From contig BFEA01000023.1 in the NCBI GenBank assembly GCA_003427395.1, positions 765,618 through 825,137 of the forward strand: a stretch of DNA of 59,520 bases, in the 5' to 3' direction. Below, piece after piece: positions 11,727 to 23,400 of the stretch. The notes beneath the pieces are model-generated. The model made no database searches and had not been told where the DNA came from. It worked only from the letters and a program-made list of their open reading frames with translations. The number at the start of each line of letters is the position of its first letter. The stretch's first letter is position 1. A program made the translations under genes and the position numbers. Source of the stretch: Chara braunii. Taxonomy: Eukaryota > Plantae > Charophyceae.

Positions 11727-11885
11727 AACTGATTGCTGAAAACTGATTGCTGAAAACTGATTGTTGATGATTGATTACTGAAAACTGATTGCTGATGATT
11801 GCTACTGAAAACTGATTGCTGATGATTGATTACTGAAAACTGTTTGCTGAAAATTGAATGCTGAAAATTAAATGCTGAAAACTGT
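11727..11885. repeat. Tandem 13-14 bp repeat (aactgattgctgaa) inside the LTR; longer array at 30721..30905
   Basis: Seen directly. Confidence 0.9.
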
Positions 11886-11974
11886 TGTTTTGAAGTCTAG
11901 CCCAGCTCTCTACAGTCTGCCTGCGCCAGACACACACTCATCTCTTTTATACTGAAATAGGTAATTTACTTGTC

Positions 11975-12229
11975 TCACTGAGAATCCCGGACAACCTTTA
12001 TTGCTTCCTCTACAGTGCCCACTGAGGAAATAAGAGCGCACAACTTACCGTTTTTGTCATGTAAATAATAAATATACTCAATTCGGGTGTGGTTCCTTAC
12101 CAGTGTCAAAGCATGCGCCATCATCATGATTGTCTGCTGATTGTATTTTTCCACTGCGCTCTTCCTCCAGTCCTCTGCCACGCCCTGACGCAGTGAACAT
12201 GCCACCCTTATAATGTCACTATCACCCAT
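11975..12229 (-). CDS. LTR-borne accessory ORF B3 (84 aa, family B, unknown function)
   Basis: ATG-started ORF, clearly paralogous to 12585..12836 (RV.C.L.Q...W...IMM..AL..V.N.T.IEY..Y.H...G.L...SSVG.VEEA...V). Confidence 0.7.
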   Translation of the reverse strand: MGDSDIIRVACSLRQGVAEDWRKSAVEKYNQQTIMMMAHALTLVRNHTRIEYIYYLHDKNGKLCALISSVGTVEEAIKVVRDSQ

Positions 12230-12584
12230 TTCTCCCCTGAGTTTTCGCTGTTTGGTTACCAGTTGACTGCTGCTGTTGAGATTGCCGCCCTGAAGTGCTG
12301 TTTCTAACTACTTAACTGGTTGTTGTTTACTGATTGCTGTTGAGAGGGCTGTAGCTGCTAGTTAGAGAGAAGGGATTGATTGCTGATTAGATAACAGACT
12401 GATGACTAAGTAGAAAACAGATCGACTGCTGCTCAAATGCCAATTAGCACAATGGTTGTTCGTGTTCCGTCGATATACTAGGTACTCCGTTGTGATCTGT
12501 TTACAGAAGCCTGCCTGTTCTCTCTAGTCTGAATCTGCCTGAGGTGAATTTGCCTCTCTCGGTGCTGTTGTCTAAACTCTTTTA

Positions 12585-12836
12585 CTAATTTTCAGTAACC
12601 TTTCTCCTCGCCTCTTCAACAGATCCTACCGACGAGAGGGTATTGTGTAATCTCCCGTCTGACCTATGAATGTAGAAGGTATACTCAATAAATGTCTGGT
12701 TCTTCACTCGCTCCAAAGCCTGTTCCATCATGATTCTTTTCTGATAACAAAGGCCATGTATAACTCTTTCCTCCCAACCTTCACTTCTGTCTTGATGCAG
12801 AGTACATGTCACCCTCAATATTCTTTCACCCTCCAT
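12585..12836 (-). CDS. LTR-borne accessory ORF B4 (83 aa from ATG, family B)
   Basis: MEGERILRVTCTLHQ...ALERVKNQTFIEYTFYIH...SSVGSVEEARRKV; intact in both LTRs; paralog of B3. Confidence 0.72.
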   Translation of the reverse strand: MEGERILRVTCTLHQDRSEGWEERVIHGLCYQKRIMMEQALERVKNQTFIEYTFYIHRSDGRLHNTLSSVGSVEEARRKVTEN

Positions 12837-15800
12837 CTCTCTGCAGAACACCTCTCCTTTCACCCCTGTGCATAGAAACCCTGATGTCCGCCAGAAGCTG
12901 TTTGTGAAATCCGGGTAACTAGACACAGATGGGACGGGTAACTGTACGTGCGTTATGTGTTCGTCTTGTAGGGTCTATGCAGAGTCTACAGAGTCCTCAC
13001 TGATTCAGCCGAGTCTGGGCTTATCTGCTGGTTAACGCCTGAGTTCGCCGAATCCATGCATAAATGAGTTGAGTCCGTACCGAGCCCTCTAATTCTGCAT
13101 TGGATTGCCTGGTCTTGCGTAGGATTACCTGAGCTTACGTTGGACGGCTTAAGTCTTTTTTTAGGTTTGCCCAACTCAGGTTTGTGTAGCCTGGATCTGG
13201 TTCGATTTGTTCATGTCTGATTCATGTTGTCAGAGTCCAGTTAAAATCGGGTAAAAATTATCAGAGCCAAATACAAATTGTCTGAGTCGAGTGAAAATTG
13301 TATGGGTCGAACAAAAGTTGTCTGAGTCGAATTAAAAGTTTGTTTAATAGCAGGTTGAACGCTGATCAAAAGTTGATCGCGTGTTGCTTGATCACTCATT
13401 AAATACTGGTTCGAGATTGACTGCATGGTGCCTGCTTACAGTCAATAACAACGAGTCCTTATCCGCTCGCCACCGTGCTGAGTACTGGCTGTGGCCAAAC
13501 TGCACTGAGCACTGCGTACTACTACACATGACCGACACCGTTTACTGTAAACAACGTTATGTGACTAAAGTCGTGGATCGCCTTTTAATTAATTTTTCAA
13601 GCAGAGTTCTCAAGGAGAGGCCTAAACACCTTGAAGCTTTCCTTAGACTCTAACCTGATCCTTTCCCAACAGCCTCATTGTACGAGTAAGTGCTGTGTAG
13701 TTTTCCGTCTGATCCATAGATGTAGAGGGGGTAGCCAATGAATCCCTGACAGGGGTTTTCAATTACCCTCCTCGAGCTCCCAGTAACCGTTTCCAGTTCG
13801 ACTTAGTTAACATCCTTATGAATTACCTGTCGGTTCACTGGATACAGATGGAGGTTCGCAAGAGCTCCATCTACTAACAGCCCCTTTGATTCAGTCCTGC
13901 AGTCCAGGGTTTGAGATCGGCTCAGACGATCCTACGAGGCTACGCCAACTCGCTAGCACCAGGCTTTCCCTCTCTAATGTGCCCTTGAGCAGGCCGTAAC
14001 TAAGGTCACACACCGAATGCTACTAACATGCTTCCTTTCTCCGTCCAAGATTGTTTGCATTATTCGCAGCGGATTCACTGCGGCTGGCCCGTTGGTAACG
14101 TGCCGCCAACGATTTAACATGGACTGTCGAGTTGGAAGAAGTAACATCACACAATTAAACAGAAAGGGGCTCATAAAACTGTTCGCTCCTGAAACAGACT
14201 ACTTCCCCTGCTAGAGTGCTCATCTTCAGATAGTACAGTTCAGGACATTTTTGGCGAGGGCCTGTTCCGTCCCCCACATATGACTGCACATGTAGGCTCC
14301 CTCACTTGGACGATGCACGAGGCAAGTTGACTCACGTTCAACACATGATCCGGTTTTAATTAGTGACAATTCTTGTACGATGGACTCAAACGACGCCATA
14401 CAGGCCATTACGCATAGGGCAAGAATGTAGATGCAATACCAGCGGAAGCCTCTTTCTCGCAAATAATGCAACGATGAATTTCCTTTCAGACCCTACTCAG
14501 CACTTTTGTCATTAATACGAGTGAGACCCAAGTCTGGGTTATCTGTAAACTTTGCCTAATGTCGAGCTAATCACAAGCCCATCCTCAATGACACGCCCAA
14601 AGGCTCCCAACCACAGACCTCGCTCAATTGTCCATTGAGTACCATTGCCCAGGAAAATACGACAATTTACATGGCTACTCGCCAGACTCATACTGCAGCT
14701 GCGAAACCTTCTGCTTTTACTTTTCTCCTAAAAGAAAAAAAGAAACAGCTATGACCCGGTTCTGTCCAATCATCACAACGCATCACAACCATTATGACTT
14801 TGTCCTGTTCATACTTATAATCTGAGGTCTGACCTACAGATGCACTTATGTCTAGGATCATTTATCCATAGTTCATTATGTACTAGAACCAGCCAAATTA
14901 GAGTGCAGACAGCTAATCCCCATCGAACAGGTATTTAGCCAGTAGGTAAGCTATCTTCCTCAATACTAGTTTTCTTTTGTTCATTAATCAGGGCTCAAAA
15001 CTAGGTCATTAGCAAATAAGGAAAAGTAACAGGGATGTCATGAGAAGTAGTTCAGAAGCCCCTTAGGTAGAGTCGAGACAAGGCAAATACCCGAGCCGTG
15101 TGTCTGACCAAGAAGGAAAACATTCTCGCCAAAAGAGAAAATTTGAAAAGATTCAAGATCGAAAATAATAAAAGAAAACCAGTCCCTTGCAAAACAGAAT
15201 TATTTAACTTTTCCAGAGCACTATCCGAAACCCTACTAACATCACTATCAAGATTAAACAGGAGAGCAACAAACCGATGTTTTATTAAGATTCTATCGGT
15301 CTTGGTAGTTAATTAATCATTCCCTTAAGTGGCGTGATCCTTCAACACCCAAGCATACTTAGCTGTCGCTCAGTTTAGTCCCTTTCAATCACATCGTCAT
15401 TACTCCCGTCAAAGGTGACTAACTCTTGCGTGCTAAGTTCAAGCTCGCGTCCTTTTGCCTATCGAAAGTCAAATCTCATCAGGCCAACACCGATCACTGA
15501 GCTCGCTAATCAACCGCCAATACTCATCACTTTTGTCCTTAAAAACAGAACTTAGTAGCCCACGATCCCTCGTAGCACGAACTCGGCTCACCTCCCCACT
15601 CCGCTTTGAAGAGGTAACAAGGGAGGAGACTCGGGTACGCCCCAGCACCCAAAAACATTTGACGTCAACAGGAAGGCTTGAACGACTGTCCGTTTTAAAA
15701 CCCCGACTCAGTCTCCCAGCACTCAGAATGTACCCATATTGGGTGGAGCTCACGAAAACTAGTTGCGTCGCTCACGCTGAATTGAGCCCATCCACACTCA

Positions 15801-16461
15801 CTTCTCTCAAATGCTTACACCGTAGTTGCCTGGCCCGCAAACAAGAAGCGCTTCCGAGACCAATCTTCTCAGGGGGTACGTATGAGATGATACGGGGCAG
15901 ATTATACTGGTAAGTACTCAAGAAGCCACGAAGATCGGTTATTCTGGCGAGTCACAGAAGCTAGCCGCGGCTTATCAATCCGGTAGTGTTTTGAGCAAGA
16001 GCTGACGTACGCAGTCCGAGCACCTCCCGCGCATTCATGCGCATCATTCGTCACGGTCACCTCTTCAACTCATCACTCGCAGCAATCCAATTGACATCAC
16101 CACCTCCCACCAGCTCACTCGTTCTGCTCTCTCCTCTTCTCCCTCCTTCTATGTTAATTGCCTTAGTACGCGTTAGCCTTCTGCTTCATGCCTAGCAGCT
16201 TCCATCCCAGAACGACCCTCGTTTGCAGAGTCTCTCAAGAAAACGATGCCTCTCACGATAACTAGACGAGTCACAGTGGCGCGATGGCGCTTGACGTCAA
16301 CAACATACTCTTAGGCTCGCGCATCCTTCCCTGCGTCTCACCAGCACACGTTGACCGCTCCCTCTCACAAGACACGACACCTGTCGAGCGTGAGCTCCTG
16401 CCACTCTCACTACTTGTCTCTCAGAATAGCACGTGTTGACCCTTTCCTGACGCTGCTCTCC

Positions 16462-16980
16462 TTACACGCGTCCTCTCCCCCTGTTTTTCTTCTCACCTGT
16501 CCCGCGGCCCCTCGGTGTCAGTTGTCGTGAGCTGGCCTCGGGTCCCTTTTCCACCGGCTTCGCGGCTCGGTGGTGCCTCTGGATCTCCCCTGGCCTGATC
16601 CAGGACCTGAGGTCCGTCTCCCGGTCTGCCTCACTCATTTCGCTTTCCCCACCCGAGTCTCTCTCGTTGTGCTGTTCCTCCCTTGTTTCGGTCCCAGTTG
16701 ATGACTCGGTCTCGTGATAGATGATCGACACCCTCAAGCCCACGGTCACCCCGTCTCGCCTGCACCTCCGCTCCGCCCTGTCACCAACTTCGGAAATGGC
16801 AGCCTGCAGCCTCTGGTCACCTCGCATCTCCTCTCTCCCCCCTTCTATGCAGATCTTTAGTCGGACTACCTCTCCCCCGTCATAATTCAGGACCGTAGTG
16901 ATCTGAGGACCTTCATCTGACATTGGAACCCAGCGCACAGTTTGCCGCCAACAGTCAGGCCTATATCCGTGTAGTGCCAT
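16462..16980 (-). CDS. LTR-borne ORF C (~172 aa, unknown function; acidic then basic C-terminus)
   Basis: Longest ORF in the LTR, first long ORF downstream of the putative TATA at 17163..17170. Its counterpart at 35512..~36032 is frameshifted. Confidence 0.45.
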   Translation of the reverse strand: MALHGYRPDCWRQTVRWVPMSDEGPQITTVLNYDGGEVVRLKICIEGGREEMRGDQRLQAAISEVGDRAERRCRRDGVTVGLRVSIIYHETESSTGTETREEQHNERDSGGESEMSEADRETDLRSWIRPGEIQRHHRAAKPVEKGPEASSRQLTPRGRGTGEKKNRGRGRV

Positions 16981-17162
16981 AGCCACTCTTTCTCAATGGT
17001 CAGCGCCAATGCTCAGTCCGCACTATCCCTGCTCGCAGCACCTAGCCAGGCTGAGTCCCGGGAGCCAGGAGTCAAGACTTCAGCGCGATGCCATTACTCA
17101 CACTCGAGGAGTGATAACGCTCCCCTCATGCACTTTTTGCTTCAAGACCCAGAGGCAACCTG

Positions 17163-17170
17163 TTTTATAG
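17163..17170 (-). promoter_or_regulatory. Putative LTR TATA box (CTATAAAA); counterpart ~36216..36223
   Basis: Motif conserved in both LTRs, ~1.2 kb from the start of the 3' LTR and upstream of ORF C. Confidence 0.45.
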
Positions 17171-17733
17171 AGCTCCGGGTGAGAGCGACCCCGGTGTACT
17201 AAAAGAGGGCTTTTCTGATAATGACTCGAATTTTAGGATTTAATAAAGTAACACAAAATTTAAATAAATCTTGAATAAGACCGGCGGGAAACTTCAACCG
17301 CCCGTGCACAGTCAAGGCACTCGAACCCCCGTCGTGCCGGTCCCTAGACTGTGCAACATGACCGAGGTCCGAAGAAAAGGAGGAAAAAAAAATAGAGATC
17401 CCATAATGGGATACCAACGACCGCAGTTTCCCTTTCAAAACTGACCTCCGGCCTGCCCCTATCGGGTGCCCGTATCCGATGGTAAGGAGTGGGCTTATGA
17501 CCCCATTCAGGGGTGATAAGCTTCCTACCAATGCGGCTGCGGGTCGCCCTCCACTTTTGAGGTTCTGCTGCACGGCGCTCTGTCGAGTGTGACAGCCGCG
17601 GAATAGTAGTGAAAAGTCGGCCCACCTAGACCACTAACTTAAACGGGTTCGAATTCGAACCGTTGGTGGGTCCTTCCCGCAACGCGACTAAGGCTCTACC
17701 ACGCTTAAGCAGACGGCAGAATAAAATTATGTA

Positions 17734-17782
<49 letters not shown>

Positions 17783-18354
17783 GTAATACATCAATCTGAA
17801 ACGACGCGATATAGTGATTGGGACCGACAAATTATTCCCTACTAAAGTACGTCAACCCAACTGCGGGCCAGACCTCTAGTCCCTTTTTCTTTTTACTTTC
17901 CTTTATTTTTCCTTTCTTCCCCCTTTCTGTTTTCTCTGCATAATCTTCTCACTCCCGACAACGACTGAATGTACCTGACCCATAACCTGTACAGGGGCAC
18001 TTGGCGCGCAGTTGAAAAGACTGAGTCAGTCTTCTCCTCCGTGTCCCAGGGCAGACCCGGCGACTACCACGGTTACCGGCCGGTTGTGCCCTGCTGTACA
18101 GTAGGGCGCCGAGCCTGCATGGACCAATGGAAGGTCCTGCTGGAAGGTCCCAGGGCAGACCCGGCGACCACCACGGTTCCCCCTTTTTGTCAAAGGCAAC
18201 GTCACAGGGACTGGTCCGCGCCGAGGCACAACCAGGATACCAGGAACAGCATGAGGTCCAGGACACGTCTATAGGCCGGAGCATCGGAGCGAGGACTGGT
18301 ACCAAGCAGGGACTTGGTACACAGAGGAGGGTCGGGATACCGCGCCATCCGACA

Positions 18355-18389
18355 TAATACCAAACCCCCACCCAGCGTCCCCGCTGGGT
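18355..18389 (-). other. Atypical polypurine-tract region with an adjacent 8 bp hairpin
   Basis: Minus strand reads GGGTGGGGGTTTGGTATTA just before the 3' LTR. Perfect stem acccagcg-tccc-cgctgggt at 18370..18389. Confidence 0.45.
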
Positions 18390-18410
18390 CAAAACGCACC
18401 GCACTTCTAG

Positions 18411-18417
18411 TATAAAA
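18411..18417 (+). promoter_or_regulatory. Putative TATA box for antisense transcription into the 3' internal region
   Basis: TATAAAA followed by a ~400 nt pyrimidine-rich leader and the ATG at 18822. Confidence 0.4.
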
Positions 18418-18821
18418 CCTGTACGAGCAAGCAGCATTTTCATTCGTTCCTATTAGCGACTCGCTATGAAACCTACACTGCGATTCTGCGCAATTAACTT
18501 TTCGTTTTACTTTTAGCACATAGTCTTCTTCAGCGCTCGTTCCTGTTCTTCTAGTCTAGCCTTCTCTCTTGGTGCCAATTCTTTTCTTTCTCTGCGTTAG
18601 CCTTTTCTCTCAGTACTCATCTTTCTGTATTATGCTGTAGTTCTCCATATCCCACACAACCATTTTCTACCCTCTCTTTAATAGTCTCTTACTTTCTGAT
18701 TTCCTAATCCACCTCACCGTTGTGAACCTCGCTTACAAAGTCCCTTTCTTGTCATATCCCTTAGTGTTATATCATTCCACCCCCTTTTATCCTCTTCCTT
18801 GACGGCCATTCATCTTGCATC

Positions 18822-19292
18822 ATGCCTGAGGCGCGTCGTGGACAGGGTAGAGGAAGGGGAGGAAGAGGAGGGAAGGCTAAAGAGGAGTCGTCGGCCAGGG
18901 CACGACGAGATTATAGTTCAGAGGAGGAGGAAGAGGAGGAACCGCGAGGCTATGGCCGTTTAAGGTCACACCGTCGTTACCCGTTAGGAGGGTGGTATGA
19001 GAGAACTCCATCTCCTTACAGGATGAAGTTCCTTCGCAAGAAATTCGACGCGCGCTATGGTACACCCAACACCTCTTCGCCTCCTTATATCCCCAGAGCT
19101 CCTTCCACCCCTGCCGTAAGCAAGGCTATAGTGCCCGCTCAGCCTCCCTCTGTTCCATGTACTGTCTCATCTCCTCATCACCCCAGTCACTGTGTTCTCT
19201 TCAACATTTTCTTCCTTCTCTTCCTTTTCCAGCTTGAACTCATGACTGTCTTTTATGTCCTATATAAACGCGACTTATTCTTAGCCTTTTAA
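18822..19292 (+). CDS. Antisense accessory ORF in the retrotransposon 3' region (156 aa; RGG-rich/acidic N-terminus, Pro/Ser-rich middle)
   Basis: MPEARRGQGRGRGGRGG...SSEEEEEEE...; its position and orientation match the antisense ORFs known from Tat/Retand/Grande gypsy elements. Confidence 0.5.
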   Translation: MPEARRGQGRGRGGRGGKAKEESSARARRDYSSEEEEEEEPRGYGRLRSHRRYPLGGWYERTPSPYRMKFLRKKFDARYGTPNTSSPPYIPRAPSTPAVSKAIVPAQPPSVPCTVSSPHHPSHCVLFNIFFLLFLFQLELMTVFYVLYKRDLFLAF

Positions 19293-19564
19293 ATCCGACT
19301 TCTGGCTCACAAAATTCTCATTCCCGTCCACTTCATAGCGTCCCACGCCTGAGAGTTTGGCTTCCTCGGGCCAGGGAAGTCGGTTCCTCGTGAACCAGGC
19401 CGCTTGTCGGCCACCCAATAAAATCTTAAGAAGGATTTTGTCTGCTTGTTTGACTTGTTCAACTATTGATCTTTCACATGGAGGTTACCTTAGCTCTTGA
19501 TCGGGCATCTATGCCAGGGATGTCCCCAGTAACGAGGGTACTCACTCTGTCTGCCATGCTGGAA

Positions 19565-19750
19565 ATAGGGCATACCAAACCCTCTTTTCTGTTCTCTGGT
19601 CTGAGTGAGGTGTCTTCTCAGCTTCTCGAACACCTGAAGGGGATACCAAACCCTTGTTTTCTTTCTATGATCTGAGTGAGGCGTCTCCTCAACTTCTCAG
19701 ATGAAAGGGAGGGGATACCAAACCCTTTTTCTTTTTCATGGTCTGGGAAC
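19565..19750. repeat. Three imperfect ~65-75 bp tandem units in the 3' internal region
   Basis: 'ataccaaaccct..ttt...tctgagtgagg.gtct.ctca.cttctc' is repeated. Confidence 0.7.
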
Positions 19751-21333
19751 TTCAGATAAATATTTGTATACCTGCAAAACCTGTAAATCCCACAGACAAC
19801 AACCATGCTCCAGCAAGCAGACCCTCTGACAACCAGCAGTCAAACATCAATAAATTAAAATAAAACCCATAAATAAAATAATTAATAATTAATACATAAC
19901 AACTCTTCATACCCAAGATTTATTGATTGCCTTGATTTCGCCCCACCACTGGCCAGGAATGCCAGACGTCCCGTCAGTCTGACATACCTCATTCGGCCCG
20001 CCTCAGGCCAGGACTAGTCAGACCATCTGTCTTGACAGCCCCTTTGACCTGCCTCCAGGTCATGACCAATCATAGCCACTACTCGAGCCCTTTGGCACTC
20101 TCGCCAAGACACCCAGACTATTGCGGGTCTGGTCACCCTATGACAGTAGACGTCCCGTCAGTCTGACTGTCCTGAATCAGGATTTGACCACTGCGGTCGG
20201 GGACCGGCTCACCTACCCGTTTTTGGCCAAGGGCGCTGGCTACCCTACTCAGATTTTTGAATGTGGGACCTGGTCTAACCACAGTTTCAGGCTCTGGCTA
20301 ACCTCACTGGATTACATCCTTTGACTGCGGTAGGATTCCAGCCGACCCCTTTCTACTTCATAGGCCAGACTCTCGGAGTCTTAGCCTCAGCTGACTACGG
20401 AATTCGACACTCGCGTCGGGGACCTACTGACCCCACCAGATTGCAACCTACTGCGGTAAGGCTCTGGCCGGCCCCGACTATCAGCGCATCCTTCGGTTAG
20501 AGAAGAAAACCCCAGGCACAGACAATCAGGGAGTCATATCATAGCCCACAAGCAAATTGTCCATGCCCCATAACAGAACAAACATTTCTCAAGAGACGTC
20601 CCGTAAGTCTCAAGAGACACTGAACAATAACATGCTAGCCAACACTAAGAGTTTGCAAGAGACCTCCCTTCAGCCTCAAGCAAAAACTTAGTGCTAGCCC
20701 CAGAGAAATTCCTTCCCTCAACTGGGATTTCGTTTCTAAGAGACGTCCCGTCAATCTCAAGGAAATGTTGAAGCACTGGTCTCAGAGAGGTCCCTTCCCT
20801 CATCTGATTGAAGGCAGACCCTTAGCCAAGAAGCTCGAAGTCCCTCTACTGACCACTCTCAGTCAAGTAAAACTGAACTTCTTTATGCATGCCTTCGTCT
20901 GAATCTCTTAAGATAAGACTGAACTTCTTTATGCCCATCACGCTTTCTCTTTGTGATAAAAATAATACTGCTTATATCATTTGACGTGCCTCATCCATTA
21001 GTTTATCAGATCTTGACACTGTGTCAATGCTCCCTGAACTGTACTCACAGTTACTCCCCACTCTCAGGACTTGACACTCATGGAACGATTGCAGCGCTGC
21101 ATCAAAGATATAGTCTCATTAACTTAGTTGCTTGCTGAAATAGATAATGAAATGACTTGATCAAAACTGGAATATTGTAACTGAGATGCTGAAACTGAAG
21201 TACTGAAACCAAAATACTGAAATTTGAAATGTTGAATTGACTATGCAAGAATGATCATTGTCTGCTGACAATTGAGCCTCATTGTCTCTCAGTGTCTTAT
21301 TGTACTCTTTCTCAGTCCTCTATGACTGTTCTC

Positions 21334-22725
21334 TTACTTAGGTGGTAGATTTCTCTTCCCTCTCTTTGGAGTCACTGTAGGGATCAAGTCAGGGTCTCTA
21401 AAGATGAACTTACAAAGTTTTGACCCTGATACCATGTCATGAACCCTGAATCCATCCATATCTGAAATCTCATAAACTTTGCCCTCTGCTTCCCCAGTGA
21501 TTCTATAGGGACCAAGCCATCTGGGCTCCAACCTCTTAGTCCATTGCGTCTCAAGGGAACTGTCAAACAAAAGGACAACATCTCCAATCTTCAATTTCTC
21601 TTTTCTTATATATCTTGTCTTGTTCCATCTTTCTTGATCCGATAGTCTGCTGGATGTCATTCTCTCTGTTGCATCCATCACTGTCTGATCTACTTCAGAT
21701 ATTTGCCTCATTCTGATCTGAAGGAGTTCTGAAATAGAATAATTTCTGTCTCTTTCTTGACTTGACCATGTCTTGACAATACTCTCAATAGGCAATGTAG
21801 CATATCGGTCGTACCACAGAGTAAAAGGTCCATAGCCAGTAGTCCTCTTGACTGTGATATTATCAACATATACAACAACTCTTAACACCTTTCGTCAGTT
21901 GCTGAGATTCCCTTCACACCACTTGGCGAATGAATCTTTCAGAGTTTTGTGACCTCTTTCAACAGGTGCATTCGCTTGAGGATGGTAAGTAGTCACATAC
22001 CGAATTCTGACACCTAATCTGAGTGTAGTTCTTCTGACAATTTCATTTCTGAACTCTGATCCTCTATCTGAGACAAATTCTCTGATAAAAGGATACCTGA
22101 GGTAGACTTCCTCTATCCAATCAGCCACTTGTTCGACTGTCTTTCTTTTCAAAGTTTTTGCCTCAACATATCCAGATAAATTATCTCTCATGTTTAATAT
22201 GTATCTCATCCCACCCTTGCCTGGAGGCATGGTGATGAGATCCAGATGAACTCTGCTACCTGACTCTACCAGGATTTTAGGGAATAGGGGTTCAATCATC
22301 CTTGTGGTAGACCTCTTTTGACATAAGACACATGATTTACAGTATTTAAAAATCATGTCTCTCATGCCAGGCCAAAAGTAGAGTTTGACAGTCTTGGAGT
22401 AGGTAGCCTCAGCAGCCCTGTGGCCACCGGCAACCCCCTCATGTAGAGCAGCGATAATCTCTAACTGCCACTCTTTACCACAAACCGCTCTTAGCGGAGG
22501 TAAACCTCCCTTACCATCCACAAAGAGATGTCCTCTCTTCAATCTGAATTTCTTCCTTGAATCCTTACAGTAATATTCTTTTAGCTGCTCCTTTTTCATC
22601 TTTCTGCCAATCTCTTGATAATTTTCATCATATTCTTTAAAGAAGAAAAATATATATTCTTCCTTCTTTTCACTTTCTTCTTGTTCCTTTGAACCTGAAC
22701 TTTCTCCAATCTCATGAGCAGCCAC
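21334..22725 (-). pseudogene. pol: Integrase domain of pol (HHCC zinc finger, DDE core, GPY/F motif); in-frame stop at 21895
   Basis: LHEGVAGGH...CKSCVLC; HLDL, VSDRGSEF, YHPQANAPVERGH; RWLGPYRI. No chromodomain follows. Confidence 0.92.
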
Positions 22726-22974
22726 TGCTGCAGCATTGAATTTAGCATACCAATCATTTGGTTCATCTTCCTCTTCTTTCCCAAGAACCGATTCGTAAAT
22801 GTACGCACTAGGGATCTATCCCCAGCTGTCCCTTTCTTCTGACCATGGATTTCACTTGTAGGAGCATGACACTTCATAGTCCTCATCATCTTTCTCATTA
22901 AGAAAATTATCAACATAGGAAGATTCTTCAATTGTCTCATTCACATCTTCTTCTTCTTCTTCTCGCCACTCAAT

Positions 22975-23400
22975 CCGGCTTAAGCCATCCGCCCTGTTCT
23001 TCTTAGTGGATATTTTTTCCAGCATAAAATCATATGTTCAGATGAAGACGATTCATCTGCTGACTGCTGGATCTAACTGCTGATGCTTTTTAATTGCACC
23101 AATCACAACAGATGCATCAGTCCTCATGATGAATCTCCTTCCTAAAACGTAGTGCCTGAAGCACCTGAGGCTATAGATGATTGACAGTAGTTTTTTCCTG
23201 AATTGGGTGTAGCTTCTTTCAGTAGAATTGAGGGTTCTGCTCTCAAATCTCAGAAGTCTTTCTCTCCCATTTTCATCTTTCTGAATAAGCACTCCACCGA
23301 GAGCAACTGGTCCTTCATCCGCCTCAATGATGAAAGGTCTTGTCTCCTAGTCATCATAATATGGTACTCCCGGCACTACACCACCATCTCTTAGTTTTTC
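22975..23400 (-). pseudogene. pol: RNase H domain of pol
   Basis: FIIEAD.GPVALGGVLIQ...FESRTLNSTERSY...FRHYVLGRRFIMRTD...NRADGLSR; contains stops. Confidence 0.9.

Larger units (their letters stand above)
10768..18354 (-). repeat. 3' LTR (7,587 bp)
   Basis: Starts tgtcgcactttttcc and ends tccgaca; colinear with 29524..37745. Confidence 0.93.

Noticed and set aside
12986-15913. Other short ORFs inside the LTR on both strands
   Set aside because: They appear twice only because the LTR is duplicated; no paralogy or motifs support coding.
18355-21333. env-like gene downstream of pol, as in Athila
   Set aside because: There is no long sense-strand ORF here; the only sizeable ORF is antisense and lacks an env-like layout.
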